From Centroscyllium fabricii (taxonomy: Eukaryota), in contig JBNRSN020000010.1 of NCBI GenBank assembly GCA_051313645.2, positions 2,232,001-2,296,000 of the forward strand: a stretch of DNA of 64,000 bases. Reading direction: 5' to 3'. Shown in pieces: positions 23,790-37,543 of the stretch. The notes beneath the pieces are model-generated. The model was given only the letters and a program-made list of their open reading frames with translations. It did no database searches and was not told the origin of the DNA. The position numbers and the translations under genes were made by a program. Position 1 is the first letter of the stretch. Each line of letters begins with the position of its first letter.

Positions 23790-25673
23790 TTTTCTTTATT
23801 AGCACCTGGAATGTGGGCATCACTGGCAAGGCCAGAATTTATTGCCCATCCCTAGTTGCCCTTGAGAAGATGGTGATGAGCCGCCTTCTTGAACCGCTGC
23901 AGTGCATGTGGTGAAGGTGCTCCCACAGTGCATGTTAGGGAGGGAGTACCGGAATTCTCACCCAGCGGCGATGAAGAATCGGCCGATATACTTCCAACTC
24001 AGGATGGTGCGTGACTTGGAGGTGGTGGTGTTCCCATGCACCTGCTGCCCCTTGTCCTTCTCGGTGGAAGAGGTCGGGGGTTTGGGAGATACTGCCAAAG
24101 AAGCCTTGGCGAGCTGCTGCAGTGCATCTTGTAGATGGTACACACTGCAGCCACGGTGGTGGAGGGAGTGAATGTTTAGGGTGCTGGCTGGGGTGCCAAT
24201 TGAATGGGCTGCTTTGTCCTGGATGATGTCGAGCTCCTTGAGTGTTGGTGCAGCTGCACTCATCCAGGCAAGTGGAGAGTATTCCCTCACACTCCTGACT
24301 TGTGCCTTGTAGATGGTGGAAAGGCTTTGGGGAGTCAGGAGGTGAGACACTCGCTGCAGAATTCCCAGCCTCTGGCCTGCTCTTGTTGCCACAGTATTTA
24401 CACGGCTGGTCCAGTTATGTTTCTGGTCAATGGTGATCCCCAGGTTGTTGATGGTGGGGGATTCGGCAATGTTAATGTGGTTGAATATCAAGGGGAGGTG
24501 GTTAGACTCTCTCTTGTTGGAGATGGTCATTGCCTGGCATTTGTGTGTCATGAATGTTACCTGCCACTTAGCAGACCAAGCCTGACTGCTGTCCAGATAT
24601 TGCTGCAGGTGGGCACGGATTGCTTCTTTATCTGAGGAGTTGCGAATGGAACTGAACACTGTGCAATCATCAGCAAACATCGCCATTTCTGACCTTATGA
24701 TGGAGGGAAGGTCATTGATGAAGCAGCTGAAGATGCTTAGGCCTAAGACACACAGCCCCAGGAAATCACTTAAGGAGTTCCTCAGGGCAGAGATGATTGG
24801 TCTCCAACAACCACAATCATCTTCCTTTGTGCGAGGTATGACTCCAGCCAGTGGAGAGTTTTCCCCCCTTATTCCCATTTACTTCAATTGTACTCGGGTT
24901 CCTTGATGCCACACTTGATCAAATGCTACCCTGATGTCAAGGGCAGTCACTCTCACCTCACCTCTGGAATTCAACTCTTTTGTTCATGTTAGGACCAAGG
25001 CTGTAATGAGGTCTGGAGCTGAGTGGTCCTGGCAGAACCCAAACTGAGCATCAGTGAGCAGGTTATTGGTGAGTAAGTGCCACTCGATAGCTCTGCCAAT
25101 GACATCTTCCATCAGTTTGCTGATGATTGAGTGTAGACTGATGAGGCGGTAATTGGCTGGATTGGATTTGTCCTCCATTTTGTGGAAAGGACATACCTGG
25201 GCAGTTTTCCACATTGTTAGATAGATGCCAGTGTCGTAGCTGTACTTGAACAGTTTGGCAAAAGGTACAGCTAGTTCTGGAGCACAAATCTTCAGCACGA
25301 TAGCCGGGATATTGTCAGTGCCCATAGGCTTTGCTGTATCCTTTGCTGTATCCAGTGCGCTCAGCCATTTCTTGATATCACATGGAGCGAATCGAATTGG
25401 CTGATGACGGGCTTCTGTGATGTTGGGGACAGGAGAAGGCTGATACGGATCATCCACTTGGCACTTCTGGTGTAAGATGGTTGCAAACCTTGCCTTTTAC
25501 ACTCATGTGCTGGGCTCCACCATCATGGAGGATGGGAATGTTGATGTAGCCGCTTCTTCCTCCAGTTAGTTGTTGAATGGTCCACCACCATTCAGGACTG
25601 GATGTGGCAGGACTGTAGAGCTTTGATCTGATCCGTTGATTGTAGAATCGCTTAGCTCTGTCTATAGCATGCT
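23790..25673 (-). mobile_element. Decayed LINE of the CR1/L2 group (distinct family), RT and 3' UTR
   Basis: NYRLISL, QFGFCQDHSAPDL, FINDLPS...MFADDCTV, YKAQVRSVREYSPLAW; 3' UTR with AATAAA followed by an A-rich end. Confidence 0.9.
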
Positions 25674-25746
25674 ATTTTACTCTTAATATAGACACACACT
25701 CCCTCCATCAATACACTATCTTACTTTTAGTACACACTATCCATCT

Positions 25747-26132
25747 TTCCTCTCTTCTTACTTCTTAGGCTTTCCCTTGGAACCGAGGATGACTTGCTTC
25801 CACACTAAAAACTAGTTCTAAGGCGACTAATGTGTCCGATGCGGGAGCGACAATTTCGGTCACAGGTGGGGCAGACGGTAGTTAAAGGGGCGGGTGGGTG
25901 GGGTGCTTGGGTTGACGTGCGCTCCTTCCACTGTTTGCGCTTGATTTCCGCTTGCTCCTGCCGAAGAGACTCCAGGTGTTCAGCACTTTCCCAGATGCTT
26001 CTCCTCCATTTTGTGTCTTCTTGCGATTCCCAGGTGTCAGTGGGGATGTTGCACTTTTTCAATGAGGCTCTGAGGGTGTCCTTGGACTGTTTCCTCTGCC
26101 CACCTGGGGTTCTCTTGCCCAAGGTGGACACA
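25747..26132 (-). mobile_element. 3' fragment of an RTE-clade LINE with probable TSD ATCCATCT
   Basis: GKRTPGGQRKQSKDTL...W...KWR...CPTCDRNCRSRIGHISRLRT (RTE C-terminal zinc-finger pattern); AAGAAG-type tail; ATCCATCT at 25739-25746 and 26133-26140. Confidence 0.85.
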
Positions 26133-26501
26133 ATCCATCTATACCCTACCTCCTTGTTAATGACCAATATAAGAACATGCATGTATAGATTATTAAATAG
26201 GATTAGCTAGTTTGTATAATATTGAGCAAAACACTTTATGGTTTGTTAGTTTAAAACACTTTAGGAAGACACACAGAGGGACTAGATGGGCTTTGCAGTA
26301 TACCAGGGCTGAGAGCGTGAAAGGACCTTTACATCACTGCTTGTCTTGTGTGTCATGTTCATATGACTCCAGTGTATATTAGGAATAAGCTCCTTTTGCA
26401 ATAGAGATATTTAGATATTAAACGTCAATGGTATATAGACTAAGGAACACTCATGAATGCAATTTGTGGAGTTTAATAAGCAATGTAAAACACACATGAT
26501 T

Positions 26502-26719
26502 TGTGATATAATAAACTAGCCTTATACATCAATAACTCTAAAGTAAAGTTTTAATCCACTATATTGTCACTATTTACAAAGGTGTGTTTTACCATACTTC
26601 CAATTGAAGCATTCCCCCCCATACTGAGCAGCTCCACTATTTATACTGTCTGGGCACAGGATGTGACATGTCCAGAGTTCACCATTCAACCTTCCCCCGG
26701 AAGTTGTTCAATATCACCA
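26502..26719 (-). mobile_element. Solo LTR related to 2175-2403
   Basis: Termini TGTGATAT...ATATCACCA; shares TATTTACA, GAAGCATT, TTTATACT, ACAGGA.GTGAC and CCGGAAGT...CAATATCA in order with the 2175 LTR; absent from the paralogous site at about 28220; no clean TSD. Confidence 0.7.
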
Positions 26720-26914
26720 GTCTGCATAACAAATGGTAGCGAAAACATTACCCTTAACAATCTTACATTTCAACAGCATATACGTGAAACATGATTACAC
26801 GAAGAAAAGATACAACACACTGGAGACCTTGGGAAACTTCAACCCAGTCTTGCTGAGGCTTGTGTAACCAGTCAAGGTGACACAATTTCGACCTCATGTA
26901 GGAGTCCTTAGTAT

Positions 26915-27307
26915 AGAAACATAGAAGATAGGAGCAGGAGTACGCCATTCGGCCCTTCGAGCCTGCTCCGCCATTCAATGAGATCATGGCTGATCATCCA
27001 AACCCAGCACCCTGTCCCTGCCTTTTCCCCACATCCCTCGATCCCTATCGAGCCTGCACTGACACATATCCCACCCTATCCCCGTAACCCCACATATTCA
27101 ATCCCCCTAACACTAAGGGTCAATTTATCATGGCCAATCAACCTAACCCACACATCTTTGGACTGTGGGAGGAAACCGGAGCACCCGAAGGAAACCCACG
27201 CAGACACGGGGAGAATGTGCAAACTCCACACAGATAGTACCCGAGGCTGGATTTGAACCCGGGTCTGTAGTGCTGTGAGGCAACAGTGCTAACCACTGTG
27301 CCACCGT
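26915..27307 (-). mobile_element. HE1-like V-SINE, long-tail type, TSD GTAT
   Basis: Same family; GTAT at 26911-26914 and 27308-27311; empty site at about 28444. Confidence 0.93.
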
Positions 27308-27841
27308 GTATGTGAGTATTGTACCAATAGATCATTTACACAGCATCGAAGGGCTGGTGTTTCTATTATCTCATTAACGTAAGTTAATAAACAGGATTAT
27401 CTCTGACAAATTCAGTGTTTCATAGTTCTAGAATTTGTATTATAAGTAAAGGATGTATCCTATAATAGCCACACAGAAGTGTGTAGGGAACTACAAAACA
27501 CAACCTCCCTGTTAATACCGAGATTGTATCTAACGATATGCTCTCTCCTTGTTAATACAGTCTCTATCCATCTATTCTATCCATCTGTACACTAGCATTC
27601 CATTAACATCAGACTCTTCCTATTTATACATGATTTATTTCCGTTTTATTATCAATCTATATAGTGCCTCCCTGGTCATATCCAGATTCCATCACTCTAT
27701 GCCTGGCCTCACCCTTCCTCCCTAGACACTATCTCTCAATACACAACCTCTCTGTTAATACCCAAATTGAGAATAGGAGTGAATTGTTCATTCAATAGAA
27801 TAAGCTAGTTTATAACTTATGGGATTATATAGTTTAAAAAA

Positions 27842-27963
27842 AATGTTCTTGGTATCTGGGAGTCGCTAGCATGACCAGCATTTATTGCCCTCCCTAGTTG
27901 CCCTGAGGAGGTGGTGGTGAGCCACCTTCTTGAACCACTGCAGAGCGTGTGGTGAAGGTTCTC
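27842..27963 (-). mobile_element. Short 3' fragment of the 23790-25673 LINE family
   Basis: ATTTATTGCCC.TCCCTAGTTGCCCT...GGTGAGCC.CCTTCTTGAACC.CTGCAG matches 23837-23920. Confidence 0.8.
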
Positions 27964-29395
27964 CTAATTGAGCAAATTACATTAGGTTGTTAGGTTCAAA
28001 ACCACTTCAGAGGGACACACCGAAGGACTAGACGGGCTTCTCAGTAGGGCAGGGCCAAGTGTGAGAAAGGACATTCTATCACTGTGTTGACTCCGGTGTA
28101 GATCGGGAATAAGCTCCTTTTGCATAAGGATGGTTAGAGATTGGACTTCAATGGTTCTCAGAACTAATGAACACTCATGTGCAGTGTCCGCAGTGTAATA
28201 AACAACCTAAAATAAGAATGTGTCTGCAAAACAAATGGTAGCAACAACCTCATGCCTAAAAGCAATGTTACATTTGAACATTACACACGGAGCATGATGT
28301 ACAGTACACATATTTTGCGTAAAGGATAAAACCAATAAAAAGATACAACACATTGAAGATCCTGGGCAACTACAACCTAGTCTTGCTGGGGCTGGCGTAA
28401 CCAGTCAAGACAACATGATGGCGGCCTTCGGTAGGAGCCCTTAGTATGTGAATATTGTATCCATAGCTCATTTACACTGCATGGAAGTGTTGGTGTTTTT
28501 ATTCTCATTGACTTGATTTAATAAACAGTATTAACACAGAACTTTTCAGTGTTTCCTGGACTTGCATTAGAGGGAAAGGATGGATGCCAATATCCTATAA
28601 TACCTCCACAAATAGCTAGAGAGATGGAGAGATACATCTTCTGTGAGGGTTTTATAGGAACTTCAACATAGTGCAAGCATTCAAGACAAAATGCTTGCAA
28701 CCTCCTGAAGGAGTCCTTGGTATGTGAGTATTGTACCTATAGCTCATATACACAGCATGGAACTTCAAACAGGCACTACCCATCTATTAACGACCTTTCT
28801 GTTAGTACCCAGATCATATCCATATATACACAGCCTCCTAGTTAATACTCACGCAGTATCCACCAATACAGTGCTGTCCTGTTAATGCCCAGATGCTGGT
28901 TATCCATATGCAAATGCAGTTTTAATACCAATACCCTATACATTTATGCAATAGAATCCCGGTTAATATCCAGACTCTGTCCATCTAGACACTATCTCTG
29001 TTGTAATACACATATTCTGTCTATCTATACACTATATTAATTTTAACACACTGTCCATCTATACAGTTTCTTACTGTTAGGACACACATACACACAAACA
29101 GTCCATCTATGCACTATCCAACTGTTAGTACACACACTCTATCCATCTATACTCTTCCTCCTTGTTAATGACCAATATAGGAATATACATGTATATCATA
29201 AAATAAAATCAGCTTGTTTTTATAATATTGAGCAAATTATTGATGGTTTGTTAGTTTAAAACACTTCAGAAAGTCACACAAAATGACCAGACGGGCTTTT
29301 CAGTATGGCAGGACCGAGTGTGAGAAAGGATTTTCCATCTCCAGTGTATATTAGGAATACGATCCTTTTTGCAAAACATGTTGTTAGAGATTGTA

Positions 29396-29710
29396 GCCTG
29401 TGGTACAGACAGCATCAAAAATGAAATGCTCAAGTACAGCACTCCGGCGATGCAGGACGCAGTGCTCAGGCTGTTCAACCTTATATTACATTCAGGCTAT
29501 TTTCCTGATATTTGGTGTCAAGGGCTTACTTTGCCCATTTATAAGAGCAGAAACAAATCAGACCCAAACAATTACCATGGTATCTGTGTCAGTAGTTGCT
29601 TAGGGAAGTTATTCTGCAGTATTATAAATAGCAAACATAATATCATCAGTAAAAACCAAATTGGCTTCCTTCTGAAACACTGCACCACTGACCATATCTA
29701 TACCCTTCAC
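29396..29710 (+). mobile_element. Internal RT N-terminal fragment of a non-LTR retrotransposon (RTE-X-like)
   Basis: ACGTDSIKNEMLK...LFNLIL..GYFPDIW...DPNNYHGICVSSCLGKLFCSIIN...QIGF...TTDHIYTLH; clade assignment is from recall. Confidence 0.75.
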
Positions 29711-30478
29711 TGCAGTAACTGTAAAGCAGGAAATCATATACACACTGAACAGAGTCAGTACAGTAAATGTATAGCAGGAACACATATATACAATGAACAG
29801 TGTCAGTACAATAGTATCGCAGGTATATAAATATTAACATGGAACATCGTCGCTGCATTAATTGGAAAGCAGGGAAACATATAAACACTGAACTGAGTCA
29901 GTGCAGTAACTGTACAGCAGGATTACAAATGTACATTGAGCAGAGTCGCCACAGTAACTGTAAAGCAGGAATACATATATACACTGAAAACATTCAGTGC
30001 AGTAACCAAAAACACGAATACATATATATTCTGAAGAGGTAATACAGTAACTGTACAGCAGAAATACTTTTATACACTGAAAAGACTCATTGAAATAACT
30101 GTACACAATATAAGTATTCATGGAACATAAACACTGCAGTAACTGTACACTAGGATTTCATATATACACTGAAAAATATCAGTGTAGCCACCATACAGCA
30201 GGCAGACATATATTTTGAATAGAATTAGTACAGTAACTGAACAGCAGGAACAATATATAGATATATACAGATATAGATATAGATATATATACTCGGAATA
30301 GTGTTACTACAGTCACTGTGCTACAGGAATACATATATATATATATATATATAAAAATGGAATAAAGTCAGTGCAGTAACTTTACAGCCAGAATATAAAT
30401 TTTCATGGAACATAAACAGCGCTGTAAATGTACGCTAGGAATACATATATACACTGAAAATATTCAGTACCGTAACTG

Positions 30479-32485
30479 TAAAAACAGATAGTAAGAGTTT
30501 CTATAGTTATATAAAAAGAAAAAGGGTGGCTCAAGTAAATGTTGGTACCCTAGAGGATGAGACCGGGAAATTAATGGTGGGAAATATGGAGATGGCAAAA
30601 ACACTGAATGAATATTTTGTATCAGTCTTTACACTAGAGGACACTAAGAATATCCCAACACTGGACACACGGAGGTCTATAGAGGGGTAGGAGCTAAACA
30701 CAATCAAAATCACTAAGGAAGTGGTACTCGGTAAATTAATGGGGCTCAAGTTGGATAAATCACCTGGACCTGATGGCTTACATCCTAGGGTCTTGAGCGA
30801 AGTGGTGCTAGGCATTGTGGATGCATTGGTAATAATTTTCCAAAACTCCCTGGACTCAGCAAAAGTCCCGGCAGACGGGAAAACTGTGAATGTAACACCC
30901 TTATTTTAAAAAGGCATTAGACAGAAGGCTGGAAATTATAGACCGGTTAGCCTAATGTCTGTTGTGGGTAAAATTTTGGAGTCCGTTATTAAGGAGACAG
31001 TAACAGGACATTTAGATAAACTTAATTTAATAGGACAAAGTCAGCATGATTTTACGAAGGGGACGTCTTGTTTGACAAATTTGTTGGAGTTCTTTAGGGA
31101 AGTAACATAGGGTGGATAAAGGGGAACCAGTGGGCATAGTATATCCAGACATTGAAATGGCATTTGACAAGTTGCCACACAAGATTACTGCTTAAAATAA
31201 AAAATCACGGAATTGGGGGTAATATTCTGGCATGGATAGAGGATTAGCCATCTAACAGAAAACAGCGAGTTGGGATAAATGGGTCATTCTCAGACTGGCA
31301 ATGGGTAACTAGTGGTGTTCCGCAGGGGTCAGTGCAGGGTCCCCAACTCTTTACAATTTATATTAATGATTTGGAGGAGGGGACCGAGTGTAACATATCA
31401 AAGTTTGCAGATGATACTAAGATGGGAGGGAAAGTGGTGAATGAGGAGGACATAAATAACCTGCAGGGTGACAGACAGGCTAAGTCAGTGGGCAGAGATT
31501 TGGCAGATGGAGTACAATACTGGAAAGTGTGAGGTTATGCATTTTGGCATGAAAAATCGTAGAGCTGATTATTATCTAATGGCAAGAAATGGAAAAGTAC
31601 TGTAATACAAAGGGATCTGGGGGTCCTGGTGCACGAAAATCAAAAGGTTAGTATGCAGGTGCAGCAAGTAATTAAGAAGGCCAATGGAATGTTGGCTTTC
31701 ATTGCTAGTGGGATAGAATATAAAAATAGAGGTATTGCTTCAGTTGTACAAGGTATTGTTGAGACCGCACCAGGAATACTGCATCCAGTTTTGGTGTCCA
31801 TACTTAAGAAAGGACATACTCATGGACACACTTGCTCTCGAGTCGGTACAAATAAGGTTCACTCGGTTAATCCACGGGATGAGGGTTTGGACATATGAGG
31901 AGAGGTTGAGTAGATTGGGACTCTACTCATTGGAGTTCAGAAGAATGAGAGGATATCTTATTGAAACATATAAGATTGTGAAGGGTTTGGATCGGGTGGA
32001 TGCAGGGAAGATGTTCCCAATGATGGATGAAACTAGAACTAGGGGGCATAAACTTAGAATAAGGGGCTGCTCTTTCAAAACTGAGATGAGGAGAAACTAC
32101 TTCACTCAGAGGGTGGTAGGTCCATGGAACATGCTGCCTCAAAAAGCTGTAGAAGCTACTTCATTACATAAATTTAAAACAGAAATAGACAGTTTCCCAG
32201 TAGTAAAAGGGATTAAAGGTTACGGGGAGCGGGCAGAAATTTGGACATGAGTCTAGCTTCAGATCAGTCTTGACCATATGGGTAGTGGAGTGGGCCCAGG
32301 GACCATGTAGCCTGATCCTGCTCCTATTTTGTGTGTCGAATTCTGTTAGATGCAGGAGATGCTTCTGTGATAGTAGGTTGGTTGTTAGGATCAGTACAGC
32401 CATGATCTTATTGCACGGCGGGACGGGCTCGAAGGGCTGATTGGCCTACTCCTGCTCCTATTTCTTATGTTCTTATGTTCTTATG
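30479..32485 (+). mobile_element. Decayed CR1 LINE (copy B, duplicate of 7303-9312)
   Basis: Identical 5' and 3' junctions with the satellite and shared lesions (GAAGTAACATAGGGTGG frameshift, 12-bp duplication giving KDIL(T/M)DTLALE). Confidence 0.95.
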
Positions 32486-33781
32486 GATACACATATACAC
32501 TGGACAGAGTCAGTACATTAAATGCACAGTAGGAATACATGTATAAGGAATATAAATAATAACGGAACATAGTCACAGCATTAACTGTAAAGCAGAGATA
32601 TAAATATACACTGAACAGAGTCAGTGCAGCAACTATACAGCAGGAATTCCTATATACACTGAATAGATTTAGTACAGTAACTGTACAGCAGGAAAAATAT
32701 ATATACACTGAATAGTGTCATTACAATAACTGCACAGCAGGAAAACATATATTAGCTGAATAGAGTCAGTGCAATAATGGGCAAAATGGATATAAATATA
32801 CACGGAATATAGTCACTGCCATAACTGTAAAGCAAACAACATATATACACTGAACAGAGTCAGTGCAGTAACTGTACAAAATTATTATAAATATACAGAG
32901 AACATATTCGCTGCAGTAACCTTACAGCAGGAATACATATATATTCTGAATAGAGTTAGTACAATAACTGTACAGAAGAAATATAAATATACAAGTAACA
33001 TCATTACTGCAGTAACTAAAGAAATAATACATATATACACGGAGCAGTCACTACAGTAACTGTAAATCAGCAATGCATATACACACTGAATAGAGTCAGG
33101 CCAGCAACTGAACAGCTGGAAGACATATATACATGGAACAGAGTCAGTGCATTAATGGACAAAATGGATATAAATATACACGTAATGTAGTCACTGCCGT
33201 AACTGTAAAGCAGGGATACATATAAACACTGACAGAGTCAGTGCAGTAACTGTACTGGAGGGTTAGAAATGTACATTGAGCAGAGTCGCTACAGTAACTA
33301 TAAAGCAGGAATACATATATTCACTGAAAACATTCAGTGCAGTAACAAAACAGCAAGAAGATATATATATTCTGAATAGAGTTAATACAGTAACTGTACA
33401 GCAGGAAAACTTATATATACACACACTAAATAGAATCATTACAATAAATGTAGATTAGGAATATAAATATACACTGAACAGAGACAATACAGTAACTGTA
33501 CAGCAGGAACACATATACTCTGAATAGATTTAGTACAGTCACTGTACTACAGCAATACATATATACACAGTATAGAGTCAGTACAGTAACTGTACAGCAG
33601 GAATATAAATATACACTGAAACGATTCAGTGCTGCAACCACACAGCAGGAAGGCATATATATTCTAAATAGATTTATTACAGTAACTGTACAGTATCAAC
33701 ACATACACTGAACAGAGTGGTAAAGTAACTGTACAGTATGAACACAAACTGAACAGTCAGGACAATAACTGTACAGCAGGA

Positions 33782-33817
<36 letters not shown>

Positions 33818-36800
33818 GGATCATAGTCGCTGCAGTTACGGCATAGCAGGAACACAGAAACACTGAAAAGAGACAATACAGTAACTGTACAGTAGGAAGA
33901 AATATATACACTGAACAGAGTCAGTGCATTAATTGTACAAAAGGGATATAAATATACACGGAACATAGTCACTGCCGTAACTTTAAAGCAGGAAATCATA
34001 TATACACTGAATAGAGTTAGGACAGTAACTGTACAGCATGAGTACATATATACACTGAACAGAGTCATTACACAATGAACACACTCAATATAATAAATGT
34101 AGAGTAGGAACATAAATATACACTGAACAGGGTCAGTACATTAATTTTACAAAAGGGATATAAATATACACGGAACCGAGTTGCTGCTGTAAAAGTATTG
34201 CAGGAAATCATGTATACACTGACCTGAGTCAGTACAGTAACTGTACAGCAGGAACACATACACTGAAAACATTCAGTGCATTAATTGTACAGTAGGTACT
34301 CATATATACTCTGAATAAAATCAGTGCAGTAACAAAGCAGAAACACAGATATGCACTGAAAATATTCAGTGAACTAACCATACAGCAGGAATACATATAC
34401 ACTGAACAGAGTCAGTGAAGTAACTGTGCAGCAGGAATACAAATGTACACAAAGCAGAGTCGCTACAGTAACTGTAAAGCAGGAATACATATATACACTG
34501 AAAACATTCAGTGCAGTAACCAAACAGCAGGAAGACATATATATTCTGAATAGAGTTAATACAGTAACTGTACAGCAGGAACAAATATACATAAACTGAA
34601 TATAGTACCGTTACTGTGCAGTAGGAATACATATACTGAACAGAGTCAGTGGATTAACTGTACAAAAGGAATATAAATATACACAGAACATATTCACTGC
34701 TGTAAATGTAAAACAGGAATACCTATATACACTGAACCGAGTCAGTACAGTAACTGAACAGCAGAAATACTTATCTACCCTGAACAGACTTATTGCCATA
34801 ACTGTACATAATATAAATATTCATGGAACATAAACGCTGCATTAACTATACACTAGGAATACATATATATACTGAAAAAATCATTGTATCAACAATACAG
34901 CAGGAAGACATATATTCTGAATAGAGTTAGTACAGTAACTGTACAGCAGGAAAACTATTATATATGCACTAAATAGAATCATTACAATAACTGTACAGCA
35001 GGAATATTAATACACACATATCATAGTCACTGCATTAACTGTAAAGCAGGATATCATATATACACTGAACAGAGTCAAGACAGTGACTCTACAGCAGGAA
35101 CACATATACTCAAAATAATGTTAGTACAATAACTTTACAGGATGAATACATATATACACTGAACAGAGTCAGTTAAGTTACTGTACAAGAGGAATATAAA
35201 TATTCATGTGACCTAAACACTGCGGTAATTGTAGATTAGGAATACATACATACACTGAACAGAGTCAGTGCAGTAATTGAACAGCAGGAACACAAATATA
35301 CACTGAATATAATCATTACAATAAATGTACATTAGTAATATAAATATAAACTGAACAGAGTCAGTACAATAAATGAAGAGTAGGAATATAAATATACAAT
35401 GTACAGTGTCAGTACAATAACCGTACAGCAGGTATATAATTATACACGGAACATCGCTGCATTAATTGTAAAGCAGCGATACATATATACACTGAACTGA
35501 GTCAGTGCAGTAACTGTGCAGCAGGATTACAAATGGACATTGAGCAGAGTCGCTACAGTAACTGTAAAGCAGGAAATCATATATACACTGAACAGAGTCA
35601 TTACAATAACTGTGCAGCAGGAACACATATAGACTGAAAATATTTAGTGTGGTGACTGTACAGCAGGATCACGTATATACTCAGAATAATGTTAGTACAG
35701 TAACTTTACAAGATGAATACATATATACACTGAACAGAGTCAGTTAAGTTACTGTACAAGAGGAATATAAATATTCATGGGACCAAAACACTGCAATAAC
35801 TGTAGATTAGGAATACATACATTTACTGCATTGACTCTGTTCAGTGTATGTACAGCAGGAACACAAATATACACTGAAAAGATGCATTGCATTAACCGTA
35901 CAGCAGGAATACATATATACTCTGAATAGTTTTAGTACAGTAACTATACAGCAGGAATACATATATACACACTGAACTGTGTCATTGCAATAAATGTACA
36001 TTACTAATATAAATATACACTGAACAGAGTCAGTGCCATACATGCAGAGTAGGAATAGAATACACTGAACAGTGTCAGTACAATAACGGTATAGCAGGTA
36101 TATAATATACTGGGAACATCGTCACTGATGTAACTGTAAACCCGGAATATCTATATATACTGAACCGAGTCAGTACAGTAACTGAACAGCAGGAATACTT
36201 ATGTACACTTAACAGACTCATTGCAATAACTGTACAAAGTAATATAAGTATTCATGGTACATAAACGCTGTGGTAAATGTACACTCGGAATAAATATATA
36301 CACTGAAACAATTCAGTGCAGCAACCACACAGCAGGAAGACATATATATTTTGAATAGAGTTAGTACAGTAACTGTACAGCAGAAAAACATATATACACT
36401 GAATAGAATCATTACAATAAGTGTACATCATGAATATAATTATACACAGATCATAGTCAGTGCAGTAACTGTAAAGCAGGAAATCAAATATACGCTGAAC
36501 AGAGTCAGTACAGTAACTGCACAAAAGGAATATAAATATACATTTAAACGATTCAGTGCTGCAACCATACAGCAGGAAGACATATATACTCTGAATAGAG
36601 TTAGTACAGTAACAGTACAGCAGGAACACATATATAAACTGAACAGAGTCAGGACAATAACTTTACAGCAGGAAAAAAAAAATAAAAAAAAAAATATTTA
36701 TATATAGATCATAGTCACTGCAGTTACTGTAAAGCAGGAACACATACTGAAATTAGTTAATACAGTAACTGCACAGTGGGAATACATATATACATTGAAC

Positions 36801-36964
36801 ATAGTCAGTGCATCAATTGTACAAAAGGGATATAAATATGCACGGAACATTGTCACTGACGTAACTGTAAAGCAGGAAATCATATATACATTGAACTGAG
36901 TCAGCACAGTAACTGTACAGCAGGAACACATAGACTGAATAGCATTAGTACAGTAACTGTACAG

Positions 36965-37008
<44 letters not shown>

Positions 37009-37543
37009 TGAACAGAGTGATGTAAATGTACAAAAGGAATATAAATATACACTGAGCATTGTCAGTGCAGTAATTTTAAAGTAGTAATATATGTATAGAC
37101 TGAACATTGTCAGAGCAATAACTGTACAGGAGGAACACATATATACACTGAACAGAGTCAGTGTAGTAAATGTACAGAAGGAACAAATGTATATGGTGAA
37201 ATGATTCAGTGCAGCAACCATAAAGCACGAAGACAGATATACTCTGAATATAAATAGTACAGTAACAGTACAGCAGGAAAACATATATACACTGAACAGA
37301 GTCATTACAATAAATGTACATTAGTAATATAAATATACACTGAACAGTGTCAGTACAATAACGGTATAGCATGTATATAAATATACACAGAACATAGTCA
37401 CTCCATCAATTTTAAAGCAGGGATACATATATAGTCTGAATAGAGTTAGTACAGTAACTTACAGCAGGAACACATATATACACTGAACAGAATCAGGACA
37501 ATAACTGTACAGCAGCAATATATATATGTACACGGAACATAGT

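Larger units (their letters stand above)
26133..29392. repeat. Tandemly duplicated unidentified module (about 1.1-1.3 kb without insertions; two near-complete copies plus partial ones)
   Basis: Paired blocks: 26200-26460 with 27795-28180 and 29200-29392; 26720-26745 with 28222-28245; 26805-26914 plus 27308-27480 with 28337-28600; short third copy 28700-28760. Confidence 0.8.
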
